This document shows, piece after piece, positions 47,069 through 57,412 of a DNA stretch of 64,000 nucleotides. The notes below the pieces were generated by a model. The model was given only the letters and a program-made list of their open reading frames with translations, was not told the origin of the DNA and searched no databases. This DNA comes from an uncultured bacterium (GTDB lineage: Bacteria; Zixibacteria; MSB-5A5; UBA10806), in assembly GCA_965541585.1 (NCBI GenBank), contig CBEUCH010000002.1, positions 160,001-224,000 of the forward strand, written 5' to 3'. Each line of letters starts with the position of its first letter. Position 1 is the first letter of the stretch. Position numbers and translations under genes: made by a program.

Positions 47069-48139
47069 GTGAGTATGCTTATTATGAAAAGGATGATGTT
47101 GATAATATCGGCGTTCTTGCTGGGCAGCTTTTCCGCCGGGGCCGAAGAGGTTCGGGTTTCGGTCATATTCGTGCACTATTCTGTCGGGACCACTATAGTT
47201 TCTCAATCATTGAATCCCGGCAGCCAGCATATTCGGGATACTCTCAATATTCCGCCGGTTGTGGTGGATAACGATACGGCAAGAATAGTCTTTAGAAGTT
47301 ACAGGATGAATAATGAAATGGGAGGAACACCCCTGAGCGATACCGTCTCGGACCAGTCGGGATGGGATTACAGATTCCAGAATTACCGTTACGAATATTT
47401 CGATCCCTGGCATAACAGGATGAGAATATGGAATAGTGATAATGGTATGAATGGTAATGCCTTTGCAGGATTGTTGAATGATCTGTTTGATATTCCAGAT
47501 AAGGAAGATTCGGCATTTTGGAGGGCCTTTACCACACATAACGTACCGGGTTCGTCGGGGGACTCCGTCGTAGAAAAATATGATCTGTTCATGGTCAAGA
47601 ATCCTTACGGGTGCTGGGTTTGCATGACACAGCCGCAAGCCGACAGCCAGAGGACACTATTTCAGATCGTGGCCGATTCCATGGCCAATCACCCGGAGCA
47701 GAATTTTGCGCTTATATTCGGCACGCCGCTCCGGCTCTCGGAGCAGGGTTGCGGGGGTGATTCGTCGAACGCCAGGATAACCTACGAGCTGGCCACCTGG
47801 TTTGCGGACACCTTCGATGTTTCCGGCTATGACAACGTCTGGAAGTATGAATTTTTCAGGACCCTCTGTGAAACGAGCCCGGACAGCGCAAATAGATACT
47901 GTTTAAAGGAAATATACTTCGATGGATGGGGCGGCTCTCACTTAGGCCATGACGGTTCGGATTTAGCTCAGGACAGCCTGGTTGCTTTTACTCGCAGGGC
48001 GACGGCAGATATTCTGGCCATGCGAAGCGGCCTCGTGACGATGCGGGACATCGACCTGAAAATTATAGAATTCAGAGAGGGCTCCGCCACTGTTCAAGAA
48101 GTACTTGAGCTTATCGAGCGGTATAATAGCGGTAATTAG
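47069..48139 (+). CDS. Secreted hypothetical protein (possibly SGNH-like fold)
   Basis: Signal peptide; VIFVHYSVG near N-terminus, GGSHL near C-terminus. Confidence 0.6.
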   Translation: MSMLIMKRMMLIISAFLLGSFSAGAEEVRVSVIFVHYSVGTTIVSQSLNPGSQHIRDTLNIPPVVVDNDTARIVFRSYRMNNEMGGTPLSDTVSDQSGWDYRFQNYRYEYFDPWHNRMRIWNSDNGMNGNAFAGLLNDLFDIPDKEDSAFWRAFTTHNVPGSSGDSVVEKYDLFMVKNPYGCWVCMTQPQADSQRTLFQIVADSMANHPEQNFALIFGTPLRLSEQGCGGDSSNARITYELATWFADTFDVSGYDNVWKYEFFRTLCETSPDSANRYCLKEIYFDGWGGSHLGHDGSDLAQDSLVAFTRRATADILAMRSGLVTMRDIDLKIIEFREGSATVQEVLELIERYNSGN

Positions 48140-48512
48140 CACGCTTACTTGATACGACAGACCGCATGCAATCCCGATGTACTAATGACTGCAAGACATT
48201 GTTAAAAATGAAAATGCGAAAAGAACTACTTGAAAAGAGAGCCTTTTCGTGTGGCAATAGGCCTTGCCCTTTGCCGTCATAAGCGCGACATTAGTACCGA
48301 GTTGGAGATACTGTATTATTCTGTGGATGAGTTCACAACACGCTAACCCAGGCCGTAAAAAAATCGATGAAGCATACAACTCCAGCCATGAGATCTAATA
48401 CAACGCCATTTGACAAGTGGATTCCATGAGAGCATTCCTGGCCCGCGAATTGTGTGTATTCCTCACCCGTTCAGGAGGCGTTTGCTCGAGGTTCCAGGCT
48501 GGGAGCTGAAGG

Positions 48513-49274
48513 ATGGTTATAGGCAAGGCCGACTCGAAGAACGTTTACCCTAAAGGGATAGGGCAAATTCATATACAGGTCAAAGAGATTATCACCCTGA
48601 TTATGTCTAGGATTAGTCAAAAATCGGATATGAAGGTTCTTGACGCTGCCGCAGGTAATGGCTACCTTACTAACTGGATGATAAATCAGGGGTTATCTGT
48701 CACTCCGGTCGACATCGCCCGGGAGCAGTGGGCGGTAGAGGGAGTAGCTTGTGAAGAAATCGACCTCAACCAGAAGCTACCTTATCCTGACCGCTCTTTT
48801 GATCTTGTCGTCTCGGTAGAAACGATTGAACATCTTGAAAATCCCTATCATATCCTGAGAGAATTCTCCCGGCTCTTAAAACCGTCAGGCTTTCTTATAG
48901 TTTCAACTCCCAACGTGCACTCATTCAAGTCAAGGATTAAATACCCTATCCTCGGTCTGCCGTCTCTTTTCGAGTTTGTAAAAGACGATTCTATGGGACA
49001 GCATATCTCGCCGGTCTCAATCGGACATTTTCTTTATTCCTTTGACCGTAACAATATGAAGCTTGAGAGTATCAGTTCGACTGGTCTCAAGCAATCCGTA
49101 TGGCAAAAGTCGGTTAAGTGGATTTTTAATTTCACGTGTCTTATGTTGTTAAAGACGATCAAATTCAGGCACAGCCACAGTGATGATTACTACCTATATC
49201 GTTTGAGTAATAGCGAAATACGAACACTATTCGATGATTTGATTCTGATTGTTGTTGCCCGGAAACGGCAATGA
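48513..49274 (+). CDS. Class I SAM-dependent methyltransferase
   Basis: VLDAAAGNG, DLN..LPY....FD.V...ETIEHLENP, LKPSG...STPN. Confidence 0.88.
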   Translation: MVIGKADSKNVYPKGIGQIHIQVKEIITLIMSRISQKSDMKVLDAAAGNGYLTNWMINQGLSVTPVDIAREQWAVEGVACEEIDLNQKLPYPDRSFDLVVSVETIEHLENPYHILREFSRLLKPSGFLIVSTPNVHSFKSRIKYPILGLPSLFEFVKDDSMGQHISPVSIGHFLYSFDRNNMKLESISSTGLKQSVWQKSVKWIFNFTCLMLLKTIKFRHSHSDDYYLYRLSNSEIRTLFDDLILIVVARKRQ

Positions 49275-49337
49275 TATGTTGCACAGCGTCAATGCCAGGT
49301 TATCAAATGTTCTGTTTCGGATCTAAGGCAAAGAGAA

Positions 49338-49997
49338 GTGAATGAAATAAGAATGCGGACTAGACTATTAGACATATTCAAGCTGGTCGTTAAGAGATCA
49401 TTATTCATAATGGGAGTTTTGATGACGTCTCCACTAATATTGCTAACCTATATCGAGGAGCTTTTCACAGGGAGAAGAAGCGGCGTGATATTCGGCTCAT
49501 CCAGGGAGATTATATCTTTGATTCCAACGATCCTGGGGGAATTCATCCGTCTGGGGTATTATCGGGTAGTATGTGCGGAAATTTCGCCGGATGCCACCTT
49601 TCTTTTCGGCAGCATGCTGGCGCGCCAGGATACTATTATCGGAGCAGGAACCGTGATCGGGGCTTATAGTATAATAGGTCATGCCGAAATCGGTGAGCAC
49701 GTTTTAATAGGGCCAAGAGTCTCCATAATTTCGGGCAAATATCTTCACGGGCGTCCGGGGGAAAGGGCAGAGGGTCAAAGTATAATCAGGGAACGAGAGG
49801 TAATCTCAATCGGCAACAATTCCTGGATCGGGCAGGATGCAATATTAATGGCAAGCGTCGGGGAGAATTGCACAGTCGGAGCAGGAAGCGTCGTTTATAA
49901 GATTGTGCCGGACAGCACCACGGTCTTGGGGAATCCGGCCAGAAAAGTAAATATCGAAATGCCCGCGAAGAAGGAGCAAACGAGCGATAAGGATTGA
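49338..49997 (+). CDS. Hexapeptide-repeat acyltransferase
   Basis: IG...WIG....MA.VG....VGAGSVV.......GNPARK. Confidence 0.88.
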   Translation: MNEIRMRTRLLDIFKLVVKRSLFIMGVLMTSPLILLTYIEELFTGRRSGVIFGSSREIISLIPTILGEFIRLGYYRVVCAEISPDATFLFGSMLARQDTIIGAGTVIGAYSIIGHAEIGEHVLIGPRVSIISGKYLHGRPGERAEGQSIIREREVISIGNNSWIGQDAILMASVGENCTVGAGSVVYKIVPDSTTVLGNPARKVNIEMPAKKEQTSDKD

Positions 49998-50758
49998 AAA
50001 TGCAGACAGTCTGGAAAATCGTTTTGATCCTATCCATTATTCTGAACCTCGTAGCAATCTGGGGATTTTTTCACTACATAAGGTACGGCGGCTCTCCTCT
50101 GGGAGAGATCAAGCGAATGTTCACCGGTGCCGCCAAACAGAAAGCTCCGAAATTATCGTATGCCGACGAGAACGCAAGATTACTGGAGGATTCGCGCAAA
50201 GGCGAGCTCGATTCTCTGCGCGTGGTTTTTCTGGGAGCATCTATAACCAGAAGGTGGAATCTTGAAAAATATTTCCCCGAAATTCATCCAGTCAACAGAA
50301 GCATCGGGGGACAACTGGTTCCCGATATTCTTCTCAGGTTTAAACGGGACGTGCTTGACTTGAAACCCCGGGCGGTCGTTATCAAGTTTTGCTCAATCAA
50401 CATCAGGCCTCGTCTACCATTGTCCGTACTTAAAGATGGGATGGCAATGATGGTCCAGTTGTCGCAGGCCAATGACATCGCTCCGGTCGTATCTACCATC
50501 ATACCGGCCGGAAAGCCCGAGGCGCATATTGGCGATTTCAGTGTTACCGATACTCTCGCTGAATTTAATTCCTGGATTCGAGGATATACGCGGGAAAACG
50601 ATATCGCACTAATCGACTATGCGGCGGCGATTCAGGACGAGCACGGGTTTCTGCCGAGGGAGTACTCCGTAGACCCGGTTCATCTGAATGATAAGGGTTA
50701 TGAGATAATTGCCGGGGTAGCCAGGCCTGTTATTTACGAGGTGATGGGGATAAAATAG
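49994..50758 (+). CDS. SGNH/GDSL family hydrolase or acyltransferase (membrane-anchored)
   Basis: VVFLGASIT..W, NRSIGGQ, RF..DV..L.P..VVI....IN, DPVHLN..GY. Confidence 0.85.
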   Translation: MKMQTVWKIVLILSIILNLVAIWGFFHYIRYGGSPLGEIKRMFTGAAKQKAPKLSYADENARLLEDSRKGELDSLRVVFLGASITRRWNLEKYFPEIHPVNRSIGGQLVPDILLRFKRDVLDLKPRAVVIKFCSINIRPRLPLSVLKDGMAMMVQLSQANDIAPVVSTIIPAGKPEAHIGDFSVTDTLAEFNSWIRGYTRENDIALIDYAAAIQDEHGFLPREYSVDPVHLNDKGYEIIAGVARPVIYEVMGIK

Positions 50759-50863
50759 TCCGCCACAGGCTGGGCCGCTATTTTATCTCAGCTCGTTGTT
50801 TATAGATGCAGTGGCGGACCTTGGCATCACAGGATCTTTGCGGAACCCGATTGGATATACATC

Positions 50864-52372
50864 ATGAAAGACCCTAAACGCCTGCTGGCAAAAAACGTCT
50901 TCTATAACTGGGCGGGTATAGCGGTTGGATTGGTTATCACTTTTTTCATGAGTCCGTTCCTGGTTCATTCCCTTGGCAAAAGCGAATATGGCATCTGGGC
51001 CTTAATCTTCTCCATTGTGTATTATACGAATTTGGTGGATGTGGGCATGAAGCAAAGCCTGGCGCGATACATTCCCAGATATTATGCGGTCAAAGATTAC
51101 GTCAAGCTAAATGAGGTTATAAACTCCAGTACCTTTCTCTATCTAATTGCCGGATCGCTGGTAATCCTGATAGTCCTGGGAATAGCCTTTTTCTTCCTGG
51201 GGGCTTTCCAGATCGAACCGCAGCAGTTATCGGCCATGCGAATAACCTTGATAATCATCGGCCTGGATCAGGCGATAGTGTTTTTCTTCATGGCCGGCAC
51301 CGCTATCGGACCCTTTCACAGATACGATGTGAATAATATAATCGGCATCCCCATGAGCATAATAAACGCCCTGGTCATCGTCTATTTTATAATGCAGGGC
51401 TACGGACTGGTTGCGCTGGGAATCATCACAATCGTTACGACAATCGTCAGGACTACCATCAGGAGGATTTATCAGCAAGCCCTGGTTCCGCAGATTGAAT
51501 TTCATCCTAAGTATATTAGAAAAGATCGCAGCCGTGAGCTTCTGGGCTACGGGCTGTTCAGCTTCTTTATCGCGATCTCCTGGATGGTGGTATTTAATAC
51601 CGACAACATAATTATAGCCGTTTTCTTGTCCACGACGGCTGTCACTTACTATAGCATCGCGGGCAATCTTGTCGGCCATCTGCGGGGTCTCATCAACGCC
51701 ATAGGTATCCCGCTCGTACCGGCGATAAGCCATTATGACGCCACGAGTGATTTTAGCCAGATTCCAAAACTTTACGCCAAGGTCACGAAATATCTATTTT
51801 ATTTCACCGCCAGTGTTTGTGCTTTACTTCTGATATTCGGCGATAATTTTATTTATCTCTGGATGGGCCGTGATTTTGAGAAAACCGTCCATGTTCTGTA
51901 TATTCTCGTCATACCCGCAGCAATATATCTGCCTCAGATCGCCGCCAACTCCGTGATGCTCGGGATAGGCAAGCATCGAATCCTCTTTTACATCCTGGTT
52001 TCCGAGGCGATTCTCAATCTGGTATTGAGCCTGGTGCTGGTGAGGCCGCTGGGGATTTATGGTGTCGCCCTGGGAACCGCCGTAACACAGCTGCTGATTT
52101 ATACCTATCTTTTCCCCTATGTATTTCACCGGGTTATTAAGGGCAACCTGAGACTATTCTACGGTTACACCCTGAGAACCGTTTCGACGAGCCTCATTAT
52201 TGCAGTACCCGTCGGTCTTGTTGTGGATAGATTTAATCCGCTTTCGGGCTGGACGGGATTGTTCGCAGGCTTGATAATAACAGGTTTGCCTCTTATATGG
52301 GGTTTCTGGTGGGGAGTGCTGTACCCTGAAGACAAGGCAAAGCTGAAGGCGAAATTGTCGCGGAAACGGTGA
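50864..52372 (+). CDS. wzx: Polysaccharide flippase (Wzx/MOP family)
   Basis: Multi-TM; P.LV..LG...YG.W, D.G, D.I.I, Y, GI.GVALGT. Confidence 0.82.
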   Translation: MKDPKRLLAKNVFYNWAGIAVGLVITFFMSPFLVHSLGKSEYGIWALIFSIVYYTNLVDVGMKQSLARYIPRYYAVKDYVKLNEVINSSTFLYLIAGSLVILIVLGIAFFFLGAFQIEPQQLSAMRITLIIIGLDQAIVFFFMAGTAIGPFHRYDVNNIIGIPMSIINALVIVYFIMQGYGLVALGIITIVTTIVRTTIRRIYQQALVPQIEFHPKYIRKDRSRELLGYGLFSFFIAISWMVVFNTDNIIIAVFLSTTAVTYYSIAGNLVGHLRGLINAIGIPLVPAISHYDATSDFSQIPKLYAKVTKYLFYFTASVCALLLIFGDNFIYLWMGRDFEKTVHVLYILVIPAAIYLPQIAANSVMLGIGKHRILFYILVSEAILNLVLSLVLVRPLGIYGVALGTAVTQLLIYTYLFPYVFHRVIKGNLRLFYGYTLRTVSTSLIIAVPVGLVVDRFNPLSGWTGLFAGLIITGLPLIWGFWWGVLYPEDKAKLKAKLSRKR

Positions 52373-52478
52373 TGATTTTCATTGAAGATGAGTAATAAGG
52401 GGACATCTTTGAAAATAAGACAGACTGTAGGTCCGGGTTGACGGCCGATCTTCCGGAAAATCCAGGGCAGGCCTGAAG

Positions 52479-53879
52479 ATGGATAGATCCAGCCAGATCA
52501 AATATCGGGCTACGCCGGCTGTCACGAAAAAGCACCTGCTTTTTCTAGCGTTTGTTGCATTGATAATTCTCTTTACCATGCTTTTACTATTACCCTCGCC
52601 CTATAACTGGTTTCCCTTCTTCATTCTTGCAGGTCTTCTCTTTGTATTTCTGGCTTTCAAGTACCCGATGCTGGGAGTTTTCATTTATATGCTTATCTTC
52701 CTTGTCAAACCCAACGAATTATTTCCGCTGGTAGGCGGCATGTCCTTTCCGTATGAAAGGTTGGTGGCGATTATCGTTATAGTTCGTTTGGGTATGGGCA
52801 TAGCTTTTGTGGAAAAGAAGTTCAGGGTCCATTACCTGGATTATGGTATTCTGGCGTTTTTTGCAGCGGTTTTTTTCTCAATTCTGGGGGCAAGCGACAT
52901 AGCCTCGGCGCGGGCTCATTTTGATAATTTCTCGAAAATAATTCTATTATATTTTATGATGGTCAATATCGTGAAAAGCGACCGGGATTTCAAATCTCTT
53001 ATCTGGCTGTATATACTTTCAACGGCTTTTTTGGGGGTATATTCCACCTGGAATTATTATTCGGGCGATTACCTGGTTGCTCAGGGAATCAGCAGAGCTT
53101 ATGTCCCTGGTGGCGGGTCGCTAGCGGACCCAAATTCGCTGGCCACAACACTTGTCCTGGGCTTGCCTTTCATGGCACTGATGGCAAAATCTTACAGGAG
53201 TATTATTTTGAAGATATTGCTGGCGGCTATGGTCGCGGCCTGTATCTGGACTATTGTATTAACCGGCTCCCGGGGAGGAATGCTTGGGGTTATAGCCGTT
53301 TTACTCCTGTTGGGATTATTCAGCAAACATAAATTCGCGACCCTGTTGATGGCGATTATTGCGATTATAGTCTTAGGGCTTGTTGCCCCTGAACAGTATG
53401 TCGAACGATTTGAGACCATAGCCCGGTATAACCAGGAAGACGAGACCGGAGCCGGACATTCGGCAAGAGGGCGAATCGAGGGGTTAAAATATGGTTTTGA
53501 TTTTTTTCTCGAAAGGCCGATCACCGGTATAGGAATGGCTAACTTTCCATATTATTTTTTCCATGAGGGAAAGGGGTGGTTTAATCCGCACAATATGTTC
53601 GCCCAACTTATTTCCGAACTGGGAATGGTCGGATTGATAGCATTTTCGCTATTTATTTATCAACTCTCGAGAATCCTCAGGAGAATAAATATTTCATACA
53701 GGGAGAGGAGATTGCCAGCCGATTTCTATTCGCATATGAGCATAGCCATAAAGATTGCGTTCATAATGCTTTTCTTTCAAGGTCTTTTTGGTCATAATCT
53801 CTATCGTTTCAACTGGTATGTTTTTGCGGGCTTGACCACAATCATCGGTAATTTGGTTGAAGAACGGATAGCGAGATAA
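52479..53879 (+). CDS. O-antigen ligase/polymerase (Wzy_C) family membrane protein
   Basis: Multi-TM; DPN.LA, LTGSRGG, SA.GR, P..GIG..NF, PHN....L.SELG.VG. Confidence 0.85.
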   Translation: MDRSSQIKYRATPAVTKKHLLFLAFVALIILFTMLLLLPSPYNWFPFFILAGLLFVFLAFKYPMLGVFIYMLIFLVKPNELFPLVGGMSFPYERLVAIIVIVRLGMGIAFVEKKFRVHYLDYGILAFFAAVFFSILGASDIASARAHFDNFSKIILLYFMMVNIVKSDRDFKSLIWLYILSTAFLGVYSTWNYYSGDYLVAQGISRAYVPGGGSLADPNSLATTLVLGLPFMALMAKSYRSIILKILLAAMVAACIWTIVLTGSRGGMLGVIAVLLLLGLFSKHKFATLLMAIIAIIVLGLVAPEQYVERFETIARYNQEDETGAGHSARGRIEGLKYGFDFFLERPITGIGMANFPYYFFHEGKGWFNPHNMFAQLISELGMVGLIAFSLFIYQLSRILRRINISYRERRLPADFYSHMSIAIKIAFIMLFFQGLFGHNLYRFNWYVFAGLTTIIGNLVEERIAR

Positions 53880-53953
53880 TATGAGTATCTTCAAATCCCG
53901 AGGATTTGGCCCGATGAAGGATTTTGGTCTGGATACTGAGGTAAGAGTCCATC

Positions 53954-53981
53954 TTGACATTTATATACAGTTTCATATAAT
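53954..53981 (+). promoter_or_regulatory. Consensus sigma70 promoter inside the polysaccharide locus
   Basis: TTGACA-16nt-TATAAT. Confidence 0.6.
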
Positions 53982-54053
53982 GGAAATAGATTATAGAAAT
54001 AGGAATAAGGGTGTTATTCAAAGAGCAGACTGAAAGCTAATAGGGGCCTGAAC

Positions 54054-55640
54054 ATGCACCGGAGTTCATCAACAGAAAGATCTATCTCGATTCTCGTTTT
54101 GACGGTATCTCTGATCGCGTTGCTTCTGTTTATTGCTCACTTTTACGATTTTACCGTTGACGACGCTTTTATCAGTCTGAGATACGCAAGAAATCTATCG
54201 TCCGGGAACGGTCTTGTTTTCAATATTGGTGAAAGAGTCGAAGGCTACACCAACTTCCTGTGGATAATTATAGTAAGTCTGTTCATCCGGCTTGGGGCAG
54301 ACCCCGTTGTCACCGCCAAGATCCTGGGAGTCATTTTCTCATTGGGAACCCTGTATCTGCTATGGTCTTTGTCCCCGATCTTTCTTCCCGGCAAACCATG
54401 GTTGAGAAATGTACCGGCTCTGCTTATGGTGACCACAGCCTCCTTCTCGATCTATGCCGTCTCAGGTCTGGAGACGATCATGTTTTGCTTTCTGCTTACT
54501 CTGGCATTTAAGTTTTTCATTCGCGAAGAAACTGCAATAGGCTCATTTCAGATATCATGGATTATCCTGTTTCTGTTGACCTTAACCCGGCCGGAGGGAT
54601 TTCTATTTTTCATCATATTTGCCGTCGTTAAATTTTCCACGAAAACTAACCGGCGGAGACTCATAGCATGGGCCTCGCCGTACCTATTGCTGCTGGCAGT
54701 CTACCTTATCTGGAAATTGACATATTTTGGCAATATTCTTCCGAATACGTTCTATGCGAAGACCGGACGGGGGCTCGTGCAATATGCAGGCGGGCTATTT
54801 TACACTTACGCATACTTCAAGAGCCACGGCGGAATTATTCTTCTCCTGTTGATCTTCTTGCCTTTATTCTATCTGGTGAAGCGGGATTATGGCGCGAAGA
54901 AACCCGTGGCGCTGTTGATTGTTTCAGTCGTTCTGTGGATTCTCTACAGCATTTACAAGGGTCACGATCCTCTGCCCTCCTTTCGCTTCTTTGTACTCAT
55001 CCTGCCTTTTATATATCTGTTGGTGACGATCGGTCTGGGGATATTTCATGAGGCAGTGGTTTATCTGGCTGCAAGGACCAGATGGCCTGGATTTTCTGCG
55101 AACGCTATAATCTCTATGATCGTCGGCCTGTTGATCTTCAACAATTTCCTGATAGCATATCTATCCACAAATGACCATCCAAAACTGAGGGAATATCAAA
55201 TTCAGATAAATGAGATGAATGTCAATCTGGAGTTTGCGCCTGCCGGGAAATTGCTTAAACAAATAGCCCCGCCCGACGCCAAGATTGCCGTCATCGATGC
55301 CGGCGCGATACCTTATTACTCCGAACTTTACACAATCGACCGATGGGGATTGATCGATCCTCATATCGCCAGAACCAAAAAAAAGGGGCCGCTCGGCGAG
55401 AAATTCGATGCGGATTACATTCTGGAGCGAAAGCCTGAGTTTATCCAGACGAAAATGTATCGAAGCCGCTACAATAAGCTTATAAATAAAGATAAGGTGA
55501 CAGCATCAGATTTTATCTGGCCAGGTGATATGTATCTTTTTCGGAATCCCGTTTTCAGGTCGGACTATGAAATCTGTAAAGAAGCGGCCCTTGATGCGAT
55601 TTTCATTAGAAAGGATTTACTCTCAAGCGTGGATGGCTGA
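54054..55640 (+). CDS. GT-C-type membrane glycosyltransferase-like protein
   Basis: DDAFISLRYARNL..G.GLVFN.GERVEGYTNFLW, GLET, RPEG, PNTFYAK, AGAIPYYS...D.WGL.D. Confidence 0.75.
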   Translation: MHRSSSTERSISILVLTVSLIALLLFIAHFYDFTVDDAFISLRYARNLSSGNGLVFNIGERVEGYTNFLWIIIVSLFIRLGADPVVTAKILGVIFSLGTLYLLWSLSPIFLPGKPWLRNVPALLMVTTASFSIYAVSGLETIMFCFLLTLAFKFFIREETAIGSFQISWIILFLLTLTRPEGFLFFIIFAVVKFSTKTNRRRLIAWASPYLLLLAVYLIWKLTYFGNILPNTFYAKTGRGLVQYAGGLFYTYAYFKSHGGIILLLLIFLPLFYLVKRDYGAKKPVALLIVSVVLWILYSIYKGHDPLPSFRFFVLILPFIYLLVTIGLGIFHEAVVYLAARTRWPGFSANAIISMIVGLLIFNNFLIAYLSTNDHPKLREYQIQINEMNVNLEFAPAGKLLKQIAPPDAKIAVIDAGAIPYYSELYTIDRWGLIDPHIARTKKKGPLGEKFDADYILERKPEFIQTKMYRSRYNKLINKDKVTASDFIWPGDMYLFRNPVFRSDYEICKEAALDAIFIRKDLLSSVDG

Positions 55641-55751
55641 TTATGGAGAGGGAGGGAAACGGCGCCCGAGGGATAGATCCGATGAGAGTCTCCTGGATTC
55701 AATAACGAATAATCTTTTTTGAAGACTATTTAGAGGCGAGCTTAACGAGTA

Positions 55752-57113
55752 ATGGCCACTACATTTTACAATTATCTACACCATGGGATATATCGCCTTA
55801 AGGATCTGATAAAAAGAACAGGTGTTTATAAGTGGTTGGATACCCTGATGTTAGAGCAATACCTGCCCCCCGAGGAGATGGTAACGATTCAAAGCCGTCG
55901 TCTGCGTAATATCATTGTTCATGCCCGCAACCATTCTCCCTATTACAGGAGGCTGTTTAAAGAAGGCGGTATCAGGATAGGCGATGATTTCGATCTTTCG
56001 CAGCTAAAGGATTTGCCGCTTCTAAGACGTGAGGATCTGCAGAGCAACTATAAGAACATTCTCTGTGATGACGCAGGAGAAGTCTATCCCAATTCCTCCG
56101 GCGGCTCCACCGGTAATCCGGTTAATTTCTACCAGGATGAGTCATACAAATCGTTCTCGCAGGCAGCGAATCTGTTGTTTGTGAAGTGGATGGGCATTCG
56201 TTCAGGGGATAAGTCGGCGGCAATCTGGGGCGCCGACAGAGATTTCAGAGATCTGTCTCTGAGGGACAGATTATGGATCAGGTTCGATCGCGGGAAAGCA
56301 CTCAATGCATTCTCAATGTCCGATGAAAAAATAAAGATATTTCTCGGGGAGATGAATAGATTCAGGCCGAAATTGATCTACGGATATGCCTCGGCCTTGT
56401 ATCTGGTGGCGAAGTTCATCAACAGTACGGAACCGTTGACGTTTGTGCCGCTGGCAGTTCGTTCATCGGCCGAGACGCTCTATGATTTTCAGCGACGGGA
56501 AATCGAAAGAGCGTTCGGCACAAAGGTTTTTAACTTTTACGGCTCGCGCGAGATTAATAACTTAACCGGGGAATGTTCCACTCACGAGGGGATGCATATT
56601 CTCTCCTCCGGAAGAATTGTGGAGATTGTCGATGATGCGGGACGGCCGGTAGCGGACGGAATCGAGGGGCAGATTGCGGTTACGGACTTGACAAATTTCG
56701 CGTTTCCTTTCGTGCGTTATCTGAACGGCGATATGGCGGTGAAAAGCATCAAACCTTGCTCTTGTGGCAGAGGATATCCGCTGATCGAGAAGATTCAGGG
56801 CCGCACCAGCGATGTCATAGTGGTTGACGGAGAATTCATTCATGGCGAGTTTTTCACACATCTGTTCTACAACAGGCCGGAGGTCATCCAGTTTCAGCTA
56901 ATACAGGAGGATCCCAAAAGATTGAGGCTTCTCGTGGTTAGCAGGGAGGAAAACCCGAACCTAAATGATATTATCGCCGGCATACGGAAAAAAGTAGGCA
57001 GCGAGGTAACAATCGAAATGGAGTTTACAGACCATATACCTCCTACGGCGTCCGGCAAGCACCGATTTACGATCTCCAGGTTGGAGAATTGGTCAAGGGA
57101 CAACAGCCGTTAG
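55752..57113 (+). CDS. Phenylacetate-CoA ligase family adenylating enzyme (CapK-like)
   Basis: SSGGSTG.P, GYAS, YGSRE, VTDL.N.AFP.VRY..GD, C.CGR..P, GR..D, SGKHR. Confidence 0.88.
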   Translation: MATTFYNYLHHGIYRLKDLIKRTGVYKWLDTLMLEQYLPPEEMVTIQSRRLRNIIVHARNHSPYYRRLFKEGGIRIGDDFDLSQLKDLPLLRREDLQSNYKNILCDDAGEVYPNSSGGSTGNPVNFYQDESYKSFSQAANLLFVKWMGIRSGDKSAAIWGADRDFRDLSLRDRLWIRFDRGKALNAFSMSDEKIKIFLGEMNRFRPKLIYGYASALYLVAKFINSTEPLTFVPLAVRSSAETLYDFQRREIERAFGTKVFNFYGSREINNLTGECSTHEGMHILSSGRIVEIVDDAGRPVADGIEGQIAVTDLTNFAFPFVRYLNGDMAVKSIKPCSCGRGYPLIEKIQGRTSDVIVVDGEFIHGEFFTHLFYNRPEVIQFQLIQEDPKRLRLLVVSREENPNLNDIIAGIRKKVGSEVTIEMEFTDHIPPTASGKHRFTISRLENWSRDNSR

Positions 57114-57412
57114 ATACCCGAGATTAGATCGGTACCATATACAATTATTGACGCACAGGTCGGCTACCGGTGCGAAGTGAATTTTAGCTTGATAAATATG
57201 CGAATCTGGTCTCAGAATTCCAGAGGAGGAAAAGATACGAAGTGGAGAGTCACCATAAACAAACCGCGGATTTATGCTGAACTTAATAAATGAATGCGGA
57301 CCAGAACCTGCTTCCCTGGATCGTTTGCAGGATTCAATGATGGACCTGGATGACGAGGTATCCTGCATATGTGTTGCAAAACAGGGCAGGTATAGTAATT
57401 TCAGAGTAGCAG

